Shown: in pieces, positions 46,645-57,544 of the stretch
Layout: each line of letters starts with the position of its first letter
How positions within the stretch are numbered: position 1 is the stretch's first letter
DNA from: Entomortierella parvispora E1425
Lineage: Eukaryota > Fungi > Mortierellomycota
Assembly: GCA_020891255.1 (NCBI GenBank)
Contig: BQFW01000002.1
Span: forward strand, 3,286,001-3,350,000
DNA: 64,000 nucleotides
Reading direction: 5' to 3'
Notes under the pieces: model-generated
Told to the model about the DNA's origin: nothing
Database searches by the model: none
Seen by the model: only the letters and a program-made list of their open reading frames with translations
Program-made: the position numbers and the translations under genes

Positions 46645-48711
46645 TTAGCGAAGACCTGAGTTTGCGAGCCACTCTCTAGAAATCGATAAAGAAGAGATGA
46701 TTAATTTCGTGGGCCACTATTGCATACTTTGCCTACCTTGTCGTCTTTGAATTCATACGGATAATTGTTTACCTGAACACGGTTGAATTCATTAAAAGGA
46801 GCGCGGCAGTGCCTACGGAAGCGGCAGAGAAGGCGACCATTGCGGCCATGTTCCGACGATAGAGCTGAAGCGCACTGGTTGGGTATTTTGAAAGCGCAGA
46901 AGTTTCTTTGGTTTTCTTGATCCTAGGTTGACTCAAAAGCGCGTCAATGGGACCAAAGTCGACCGCGGTCAATATTATCTTGTCGTTGTTGTATAAGCTC
47001 GTCCCTGGTCTGTTGAATGTGTTGACACACGAACTGCGCAAAAAAAAAAAAAAAAAAAAAAAAAAAGGAATTTGTCTGTGTTGAGAAAAAAAATGCGATC
47101 GAGGCAAACGTGAACAATACAGTCTACAAGTGACGCGATGGGGGCCTAGCAGAAAACTTACTTGACATCCAGCCAGCTCTCAGCACGATTCTGGAGAGAT
47201 TCTGGAGGATAGGTTGTATACAACTGGTGTGCGTGTGAGATCACGCGTTCCAAATCCACATCCTTGGGAAACTTTGTAAGGAAGGTGTGAACCATGGCGT
47301 TGTCGCATTCTACTTCAAAGAGTTCGTCTCTTCTTGACATGACCACCTATAACATACGAAATAAAGGTGTTGTTAGCATTTGTGGGCGCAAAAATTTGTT
47401 TTTTTTTGACCTTCCCTCGACCTCTTACCGCAGCAGTAAGGTAAACAGACATGAGAGGATTGAAGCAGATCAAAAAGTCGTAGAGGCGAGCAATCTTTGC
47501 GAAATCGCCCAGGTCATGTGCACACCATGTAATAACCCAACTCAGTGGGAAGAATGGCAAGGTCTCTGATCTATTGTCAAGTGATAAAGTAGGATGAGTA
47601 CTCTGTTTGAGATCCTATCAGCGCCAACAGTTCCCATCGTTCCACTGGATTTTACTTGTCCAAAAAGTCCTGGACTTCAGGGTCTTCCAGCCTCAATAAA
47701 GCCGTCATGAGGGATAGTTGATCCAGCACAGGTTCGAGATTGTCCAGCATGCAGTCCCGGAAGAAGAACATGGCCAAAGTTTCTGCTGCAAGGGTAGCTG
47801 CTTCTTTGCCCAAAACAACCAACAGTGTAGTGCATACATCATGAAAGCCCTAAGTACCGATCAAGACACGACGATGAGCTCACAATTGAAGTCTTTGATC
47901 CGATGGTGTAGTAAAAGTATCCTGGAATGATATCACCTACCTGATAGTAGGCGAGCTTGGGGTGTCTCTGAAGCACATCCATGATGATGTCCTGAAGATC
48001 CGTCTGCCTCTGTTTTTTGATTATCTGTTTGCTCTCTAATTTTGAGCAGCAAGGACAGGGATGGTGTCAGATAACGTGCTGTCCAGCCTGGTCGACGAAC
48101 TTTGCTCATTTGCAATGATATGGACACTCACTGGATTCGCTGGAGAGGTGGGTGAACGACCGAATGATATCTAGCTCGACCTGAGATTCGTCCTTGTGCT
48201 TTTCAGAGTCTGATGTAGAACAACATTAGCCATTGATACTCAGCACTTCAATTGACCACTTCAAAACCTCTGGTCATGTCAATCACCTACCAGAGATGAC
48301 CTCTCTCCTAGGGACATGTGTCCTCAACAAGAGCGGCCTATAACAAAAGAACACGTAGATTAGATATCTGCCAAAAAAATATGAGCACGCGAAAACTGCA
48401 TCCCAGTCCCAAGCGTCACATGCCACCCGACGCTAAGAAAACAACAATAAAAGGTCTCCCTTATCCACCACGAATCCTTACCAAGCCCGGCGACGAATCC
48501 CATCGTTCACGAATCCTTGGCCGGTAACAGAAAGCTTTCTCAAAGCAGGGATGTCGCCCGTGACAATGGCTTTGTCCAAGAGTCGGATCCTTATCTCCAA
48601 CGCGTCCTTTGTGCGAGGTCGTCGATTGCGCAGGGAGGCGGATGTGTGGGCAGCAAAGCTGTTCGATTTCGCCTTCAAGTAGCTGTTCTGGAGCTGTCTT
48701 GCGCGCGTCAT
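46645..48711 (-). CDS. TBC1D20: TBC1D20/Gyp8-like Rab GAP with C-terminal TM anchor
   Basis: GFVNDGIRRRAW, QVELDIIRSF, YYQGFHDV and FPLSWVITWCAH motifs; many exons; hydrophobic tail MVAFSAASVGTAALLL; start and last exon are inferred. Confidence 0.85.
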
Positions 48712-49479
48712 GGCCAGGAGAGCAGCGACGACGGCAAGAAGGATGCGGGGCTTGATGGAAGGAATGGTGTGAGTGATGAGGAGGAAAGAAGGGAATTGAG
48801 TCTGGCAAGTGCAGATGGATAGATGGATGGAAGAAACAAAAAAATAAAGGCCAGGTGGCTCTTGAGTCGAAGGATGGCCAAGCAAGTATTGTAGACAGAG
48901 GAGCAATGGGTAGATCGGGGAGCGAGGTGAGCGCGGGTTCGCGTCAAAGGATGAGGAGCAGGTCACCTTCGGGGCTCAGCCTCGCAGAAGTAGACACTGG
49001 AGGAGGACCAAAAGAAAAAAAAGTCACGTGGCGGTATCTGGTCCTGGTCTCTGCTGTTGTAATCAAATCTTTCAAGTTCGAAGGTTGAGGCGCAACAGTC
49101 GTTGGTGCTGATTTGTTCGTTCTGACCGTCGTCTGCGCTCCTGCGCAGTGCTGCGAGCGAGCCAATTGAGCACACAAAACAGAACCCAAAAAAAAAATGC
49201 CTTTTCTGTCTCCCTTGCTTTGTCTTTTTTCTTTTTCTTTTTGTGCTCCCTTTTTGTCTCTTTTCACACTGTTTCTCACTGTCTATCACTCTGTCGACCC
49301 CACATTGCACCACTGGTCTCTTCTTTCTTCCTTCCCTCATCTCACTCTTGTCCTTTCATTCACCTCATTCATTCATTCATTCACACACATACACACACAC
49401 TCTCTCTCTCACTCTCGCCTCTCCCTTCTTCCTCTCTCTCTTCCTCCCTTTTTCTCTCTCTCTCTCTCCTCCTATAAAA

Positions 49480-52400
49480 ATGTCGACGCAGGAGCAGCTC
49501 GACGCCAAACGGAGAAGAGTCTCTAGAGCCTGGTGCGTTGACTGACTTTTTATCTGCTTCCTCCCTTTGCCCTTGCCCTATCTCTCCCTTCCCATCTTGA
49601 TTGGACTGGATGGACCTTATATCTATGAACAAGAGCACAGCGGGTCTATCTTTTGCAGCTGACGACTGGACTACGCAACACTTGTCCCTCCCGATCACTC
49701 TTACTCCACCAATCCCTCCACTCACACGAGGGGAAGGTGTTGTTTGATTCACAGCACGGTGTACCCTTATTTTTTCTGCCTTGACTCTCGTTGTCTTAGC
49801 TGACCCTTGGTCTGATCCCTGGCTCTTTGTTGTTTGTGCCTTAATGTTATTGTCTGTTGACTCCCTGGGATCGGGCTTCTTTACTTAGCCCTCACAGCTC
49901 TACTCTGTTGCACCCTCTTGTTTTTGTCCTCTCAACTGACTTGTGTACTTCCTATTACCGTCTCTTCGCTCTTCTTTTACACCGCACTCCATCCCTGCGA
50001 ACAGCGACACTTGCCGAAGAAAAAAGGTCCGGTGCGATGGCCTCCAACCTTCCTGTACAAATTGCACCACATTTGGCTTTCAATGCACGTAAGTTAAACG
50101 ATTGGCGCTCGCCAACCATCGCTGCGAATCCGAACCCTTTAGAAGGATCCATCTCGGCCCAAAACCAACGAGGTTTCACCAACTCGTACGGAAGCACTAT
50201 CGAAAAAAAAAAGAATTATCTTTTAGACTTCTGGTGCCACGCACAAGCAAAGAAGAAGAAAAAGGGCCTCCCGCCAACTTGTAATAACCTGTTTACTGTT
50301 TATTATTCTATCAGATTCAATGACTCGGCCAAGAAGAGAGGTCCACCCAAGGGCTATATCGAGGCATTGGAAAACAGGCTGCACCGCATGGAGAACCTTC
50401 TTGGAGGCCTTGTCCAGACAGGAGAACGCCCTAAATCCGATCTCGATAGCTGGAAGGAGGATCATGATGACGATCTCGAGTCTGCAGACTCCAGCTGGGT
50501 ACCGCACACTCCCGACACCTCGGCGTCTACCATTGCTCACAGCGCCTGCTCACCCACAACGGAAGCATCGGTTGTCTCCACTTATCTCGAAGCAACCATC
50601 AAATCAGAGGATGAGGACGAGGTCTTGCCTTTTGACAAGGACGCAAGAGAAAAAATCAATGCTCTCTCGGACAGTTTAGACTCGATGAGCTTGGACGACG
50701 GAGGCTTTATTCGCTATCTTGGAAACAGTTCTGGCATTGATCTGTTGCAAAAGAACCAGCTTCTCCGACATGGATTCCTCATGGTTCCTCGCAAACTCAA
50801 GGAGCATCAGGATTGGCTCGTTGAGAAGGATGCCGCTGTTGCCCAGACGGCAGCGAGCATGTCATTACCTCCTCGGGATCTCGCAGAGCACCTGATCGAG
50901 ACGTACTTCGCCTATGTTCACCCAAACACACCTGTCCTCCACCGACCAACGTTCATGCGTCAATATCGCAACCCAGATCCAGAGAAGCGACCACCCATGG
51001 TATTGCTCAATGCCATGTTCGCAGTGGCTTCTCGATTCTCGGATCACCCAGAGATCGTTGGTTTCGGTCACGATCCCGAAGGATTCGGGGACGAGTACTT
51101 TGCACGCGCAAAACGGCTCATTGATGTCGAGTACGAGTTGCCGCGCCAGTCCTCTATCCAGGCTCTGTTGCTGATGGTCACTTATCGATTCACAAGCGCA
51201 AAGTCGGGCGGACGTGTCTGGATCATGCTGGGCATGGCCACACGTATGGCTCAGGATATGGGAATGCACCGCAACTCTGCACGCTGGCATTTGCCACCAC
51301 TTGAGACCGAAATTCGCAAGCGTCTGTGGTGGATTTGCTATGTCATGGATAGGTGGGTGAGCGCTTCCATGGGCCGACCCATGGCCATTGACGACAGCGA
51401 TTGCGATGTCGACTATCCCTCGCCGGTCGAGCAGGATTGGGCCGATGCCGATGGAAACGTGCCGTCGCCTCATGAGAACAATGACAAAATTAAGGCCGAA
51501 TCCTCCTTTGCCCTTACATACTTTGTGGAATCTATCAAATTGGCCCAGATCCTCGGACAGATCCTTGGACGCGTGTACGCGGCTACTACTAGACACCATG
51601 GCCCCGACCGTATTAGTTCCGCGGTCGCGGAGCTTGACACCAAGCTTACGCAGTGGCTCCTCTCCCTTCCTCCCGAACTGAAGTATGACCATGAGGCTGT
51701 TGCCTCTGGCGCCTCCAAGATCAATCACATGGTGGCAATGATCCACAGCTCGTATTGTAAGTGTCATCATCGCTGAGCGTGGTCATTATGATTGACAACA
51801 ACGAACTCAAATCTAATGCGGTGCTGTCGACGCTTTAACCCTACTCGCTTTAGATTCGGCTCTGATTCTTCTGCATCGCCCATACATGGTGCCTTCCACT
51901 CTGACAAAGTCCAACTTGTCCCAGTCTATCCCATCTCTCAATATTTGTATCTCTGCCGCCAACTCGATCACTCACTTGGTAGAAAAGATGGCTGAGGGCG
52001 ATGGTCTCAAGTATGCATGGAGCTTTTCAACCTACGAAATCTTTACGTCCTCTCTCATCCACCTTACCAACTCGGCCTCTGTTGATCACCGACTTCAGGC
52101 CCAGGCAAGGGCAAATCTTCTCAAGGGCATCTCGATCATGAAGATTTTGGGCGAGCGATGGTTCAATGCTGCAAAGTTTGCAAACATACTGGAGGATCTT
52201 ATGAACGCCCACCTTAACTTTGAGCAGCACAGTACGGAGGGCAAAGCATTGGAACCCTTCACTGCCGCCAACCAGTCACCGTTCTTCGCCACGCCCCCAA
52301 AGGCAGAGCCTCATGTGGGTGGTTGCCCAATTATCTTGAGAGATCAAAATCACCCCTCGGGAGGAACTCTTTTATTTGCGCCCAAGAGCTGTTATGGATC

Positions 52401-53430
52401 ACCTCAAACCACTTCCTCTAGTACTCCCACTCCAAACTCGTCACCGTCCACGGCCACGGTCCAGAACCCTGACTCCACAGACATGGTTCCAGAGGCTACG
52501 GGAACCCATGGCGACTCTGAATCACCGGCCGTACCCACTTCTGAGCAAGCAACCTCGACTGCCTCCAAGAGCAATGCCACCTCCGCCCAGGCAGCTTCTC
52601 GCCCGATGAAGAAGGTTCGCAAACCAACTTCTCAGCGAAACTCGCTTTTGTATCAAAATGGTACACCGTCCCCACCCATGGCTGCCGTCCACGGAGTGAA
52701 CTCTCAGCCAGATCAGAATGTCTTTACGTTCTCTTCGTTGACGACACCAGGCATGTTTGCACAAGGTCAAGCATTTATGGACTATGAGCAGATGATGGCC
52801 CAACAACAACTGCAGATGGCCCAGCAGCAGGAGTTGCAGCAATTGCAGTCGTTCTCTGCGACGCCCCTGTTTTCATCTCCTCTGGCACTCCAACTTCGTA
52901 ATGGACAGCCCCAACAGCAGCAGCCATCCACAGCGTCGTCGGGTGGCACTCAATTAGATCAGAATCAGAAACCAAATACCTTGCAGCAACAACAGCAGTA
53001 TGCCCCTCTCCAGTACTCGGCCCAGGGATTTGGTCAGCCACAGCCACAAGGATTCGACTCGTCAATGGGTCTTCCTTCTCAGTTCCAGCAGCCCCAATCA
53101 GTACAACCGTCATCAAGTTCTGCGACCATGAATGGTTCAATGGACACTGGAGTTTATAATTTTAACGGCAATACCAGCAACAACAACAACAACAACATGT
53201 CCATCTCAAGAGGCGGCGCGTCAGCAATCCCTGGCGTGATGGAGGACTATTCAAGTTTACCCTTGTTCCCCCAAGACACGGCTGCTCCTGCGTCTTCGTC
53301 CTCTTCCTCCTCATCAGGGCAGAACCCTAATCTGATGGCAGTACCCAACCCGTTCTTTGGTATTCCCAACACTATTGATTGGGACGAGTGGAACCAATAT
53401 ATTGCAAGTGCAGGCCTTCAGAAGTTTTGA
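49480..53430 (+). CDS. Zn(II)2Cys6 transcription factor with Fungal_trans domain (CTF1/FarA-like)
   Basis: Spliced KRRRVSRACDTCRRKKVRCDGLQPSCTNCTTFGFQC cluster; AQDMGMHR...EIRKRLWWICYVMDRW middle-homology region; Q/N-rich C-terminus ending IDWDEWNQYIASAGLQKF*. Confidence 0.93.
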
Positions 53431-53637
53431 ACAATCAGCATTGCAATAAAAAAAAATCAAAGAACAAATCATGAGAAATTGTACGGATTTTTTTATTTTT
53501 TTTGCTTTTGTGGGGGAAGTAGTTTTACATGAAGCTATGAAGTATACAAAGAAAAGAAGTAAAGAAATGACATGAAACAAAGCAGGGAAAAGAAAGACAA
53601 GGAGAAAAAAAAAGGAATGAAAAAGAAGGGAAAGATA

Positions 53638-55776
53638 TTAAAAGGATGTGTTTTTGTGAGAATTATTTTTGATGAGGAAAGGCAAGGGGCCAAGTCTCTG
53701 AGATCGAGAGCTTTGAGAGTAATGGGGCGGCGACTGTACGGGGGAGACGGACTTTATCTCTGACCGAGACTGTGAAGGTGAGGAACGGCCGCTACCGTTG
53801 CGCGGCAAGATCAGAGGAACAGGGGCAGGGGCTACGGCAACGGGACTGGATCTATTGGATCTTGGGCGTTCTGTGCCTGGGAAGGTGATGGGAGAGCGAG
53901 CGCGAGATCGAGAGACTCGAGGTGGAGGACTTTGCATGATCACCACTTGGTCCTCTTCTTCTCTGGCTTCACCGACGCTCGACGGAGTGGGCGTCAGCTT
54001 GTCCGTAAAGAAACTAAAAGAGCGAGATCCAGATTCAGAATCCTGGGATCTTTCGCTGTTTGGGATCCATTCAGGTGGGTTGATCAACTGAATCGCACCT
54101 TGGGCGTAAGGGTGCCACTCATCCAATTGATCCTCCCACACATCATCATCTAGGCGAATGGTATCTTCTCCATAACGGTCCGTGTCTAGTTGTTCATCCT
54201 CCTGACTTTCCATAGAGCCAAGTCGACTGCTTTGCTGCCGAGAACGTTTTCTGATCACATTGGCAGATCTGGAGGACAGTCTCTGCAAAGACGGTAATGC
54301 AAAATCACGAAGGCGAGGGACGTCTGGAGCGCGAACAAAAGAGTCTGCAACAGGATATTCTTCAGGGGCACGGGGACCAGGCCGGCGCACGTCCAAGACA
54401 ATAACGTCGTCATCGTCCTCGGACGGGATACAAACAGCCGAATCCGGGTTCTCTCCGTTGCCAGAGTGACTGCCACAGCGCGTCGAAGCCGAGCCACGCT
54501 TTCCTACAAGATCGACCACCTGTGGTGTTGCAGTCGCTGAACCTCGTCTGGTAGTCGAGCGCAGTAGAACTGCACTCTGACTCTCAGCTTGCGACGCCGT
54601 ACGTGCTGCACTCTCCTTGGACGTCTTTTTGCGTGCAGGTGCAGGCGTCGGAATGAAATAGACTGAATCCTCGGACTGGATAGAGATCACAGAGGGGGCG
54701 GTGGCGACCCGGCGGCGCCGCACATTCGTCGACTCGTCCTGCGCTGGGAAGGAGCTCGAGTCTTTGACACCCTTGCTGTCCTTGTCGACAACGTTCTTAT
54801 TCATGGGGCCATCAGTCTTGCGCGCGGGGGTATCATAGTTCAAAGCTGCAAGCGGCAAGGAGGGGTCGGCATCCGAGGGCAGCGGGGAAGAAGGATGCTG
54901 GGAGGCTCGAGTATCAGAGGGTGATTCTGAGGCTGGAGAGGTGCCATCCTTGGGAAGGACAGCCGCCTTTGACTTTAGCTCTGCAACCGCCGCATCACGA
55001 GGCTTTACACAAGCTTCATCACGCTCTGTTTTGGGATCATAGTCGGCGTCGAGGACCGTGGAGACGGCGGGCGACTGTGGGGCATCCTCCTTGTTGTTTC
55101 CAACAGAGGGAGGAATAGTCCTTGGCTTGGCTTTCATAACGTTTACGGTCGGTTGTGTAGCGGGATCAGCGTCTGTTGCAACCTCTTCTTGGACATCAGA
55201 TGAAGGGCGGGGGCTTGACCTCTCAATCGCGACGCCCGGCGTCTTGGAGTCGGTCTCGATGCGTTCGACAGGCTGATCAGGGAGCTGATAGCGCAAAGTC
55301 TTCTGATCGACCACAAACTGCACATCATCCTCATACTCGACCTCTTTCCCCCCCTGTTCTTCCTCCTTCTCCACATGGTTAGGGGAAGGAGAAGGAGAAT
55401 TCGAGATGACCACCACCTCTATTTCATTCTTCTTCTCTGGCATCCCAACCCGCATATCGTGGTCGTCCTTGCCTTCGCTAGAGAAATAATTGTCTCTGGG
55501 ACGCTTGCTTCGATGTGCAGTTGGCGACGACGCGTCTTTGTTCTCCTCTACGACCTGGGGATGGGTCTGAGAGGACAACATGAGAAGGGCAGAGGACAAG
55601 GTTGAGGGGGAGGACGCGGTCGAGCCTGCCGAGAGAGGAGGCGTCCAGGCCGACGGCTGGGACGACTGGGAAGGAAGGAAGACGACGGAGGAAGAGGAGG
55701 AGGGGGCATGGATCTCCATGATCCCAGGGTGGTGCAGCTCCTTTCTCTTGCTTGGGATGTGATCTAAAAGATTCAT
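53638..55776 (-). CDS. ~710-aa disordered orphan protein with multiple SIM-like motifs
   Basis: Long uninterrupted ORF, convergent on the Zn2Cys6 gene; no folded domain recognised; start uncertain (55776 or 55719). Confidence 0.75.
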   Translation of the reverse strand: MNLLDHIPSKRKELHHPGIMEIHAPSSSSSVVFLPSQSSQPSAWTPPLSAGSTASSPSTLSSALLMLSSQTHPQVVEENKDASSPTAHRSKRPRDNYFSSEGKDDHDMRVGMPEKKNEIEVVVISNSPSPSPNHVEKEEEQGGKEVEYEDDVQFVVDQKTLRYQLPDQPVERIETDSKTPGVAIERSSPRPSSDVQEEVATDADPATQPTVNVMKAKPRTIPPSVGNNKEDAPQSPAVSTVLDADYDPKTERDEACVKPRDAAVAELKSKAAVLPKDGTSPASESPSDTRASQHPSSPLPSDADPSLPLAALNYDTPARKTDGPMNKNVVDKDSKGVKDSSSFPAQDESTNVRRRRVATAPSVISIQSEDSVYFIPTPAPARKKTSKESAARTASQAESQSAVLLRSTTRRGSATATPQVVDLVGKRGSASTRCGSHSGNGENPDSAVCIPSEDDDDVIVLDVRRPGPRAPEEYPVADSFVRAPDVPRLRDFALPSLQRLSSRSANVIRKRSRQQSSRLGSMESQEDEQLDTDRYGEDTIRLDDDVWEDQLDEWHPYAQGAIQLINPPEWIPNSERSQDSESGSRSFSFFTDKLTPTPSSVGEAREEEDQVVIMQSPPPRVSRSRARSPITFPGTERPRSNRSSPVAVAPAPVPLILPRNGSGRSSPSQSRSEIKSVSPVQSPPHYSQSSRSQRLGPLPFLIKNNSHKNTSF

Positions 55777-56930
55777 TTGGCGGGAACACGCACAAACACA
55801 ACAACAAAAAGGAAAGGGAAAAAAAAATCGCACCCCATCAACAAAAGGGTTGAAAATGTTGGTTTGGTTAGCAAAGAGATGGAAGGATGAATGGGGTCAG
55901 GGTCACAGTGAAGGAAGGGGGGGAAAAGAGGAAAGACGAGAAAGACTACGAGCAGGGAGAGATAAAGGGAGATAATGGACATCCTTTCTGCAGGAAGAGC
56001 CTCCTCTGGGGGCACCAGAATGGGGACGACCAAGAAACCAGAACCAAGGACGATGGAAACAAAATAAACAAGACTAACAAAACTGATGAACAGACAGGAC
56101 AGGACAGGACAGGACAGGACAGACAGACAAGCAGACAGACAAAACAAGACAGAAACGACAAGGATCGTAATTGCCCCAGTGAACAATGGTTCTTTAATAA
56201 TGGTGGCAAAGGCAAGGAGAAACGACAAAAAGAAGACTAGACACATCGGGGACTTTTCTTACCATAGGCCATGGTCAGCGGGAGAGTGACCTGTGGTGGC
56301 AAAGGAGCGCAACACTGGCTCGACAGTCAACTTTGGGCGCACTGGACGCTCCGCACCGCTGCAAGAAGAAGGGAGAAATAAAAAACGGCGGGGCCAAGGA
56401 AGGTGAACTAAGAGCAAGGAAGGGAATAAAAAAAAAAAAAGGTCAAACCCTTTGCCCAAAGAAAGGACAACAGGGCAAACGGACGAAATCAAAGATGAGA
56501 AGAGGAGGTGTTGCCAGGAGAGGTCGTTGGAAAGAAGAAAAGAACCAAGGTGTGTCTTGACAGCAGAGGACAGGGAGTGTCAAGGACAGAAGGAACAAGA
56601 AAGGGAGGATGACAAAAAAAAGAGGGCAGCGTTGCGGAGCAGGGAGTCGAGTCGGCTGTCGGTCGGTCGTTGGCTCGCCTTGTCCGGGATGGCTTGACGT
56701 TGGGTTGCTTTGCTTTGCTTTGGGGCAAAGAAAGAGAGTGAAAGGGAGGAGCAAGAGGGATGACGGGAGAATGGCTTTTATGCACGCAGACGACAGTGCG
56801 AATGTGCCTGTCATGGAGGGGCACAATGGCAGTGAATGTCAGTCCGTCAGTCAGTCAGTCTGGACTGTGTGTGCTGTTGGCCTACAAACAAAGGTGTATG
56901 TATGTAGGCAGGCACACCACACTGGGCGCG

Positions 56931-56996
56931 CGTGTGTGTGTCGGTGTGGATGCGTGTGTGGATGTGGGTGGTGTGGGTGTGGGTGTGGGTGTGTGT
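56931..56996. repeat. Imperfect (GT)n/(GTG)n microsatellite in a long divergent promoter
   Basis: Runs of gt and ggt; (GACAG)n also occurs near 56090-56150. Confidence 0.75.
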
Positions 56997-57544
56997 CGTG
57001 CGATGCAGCCCTCGCTTAAGGGGCCACACAGCCATTCCACACGGCCAGAGACCACCCCAGACCCAGGCTCACCCGCTGGTCGTTCTGTCTGTCCATCATC
57101 ATCGTCACTGTGTTCATCCGCGTTTCTTTTGTTCTTTCATCTCTCTTCTCTTTCTCATCACTCCCTCCCCCTCCCCCTTCCATCCCCGCATCTCTCTTTC
57201 GTCTTTTGTTGTCTCTTCCCCGTCTCTCTCCTTCCCCCCCCCATCCACTCTTCCGTCCTCGTATCCCTGCATCCATCGTCCTTGTCTGTCCCTGACCTGG
57301 CTGAGTGCGCCACCCTTCATCTACTCTCCCTGCCTTCCCACAAGCCCACTGGTACGTCCAGGGTCCCCTCATTGCCCTTGCCACGCTACATCTGCATCCT
57401 ATACACGCGACAGGGGAACAATCCAGAGTATCCACAAGGGCCGCCTTGTTGTGCCACAAACATCAGGAGGCTAACCGTCCATTTGTTCTCGCTTGTTCCA
57501 TGCGCCTCTTGTTCTTTTTTCCTCCTCTTGGCGTTAGACCTATA

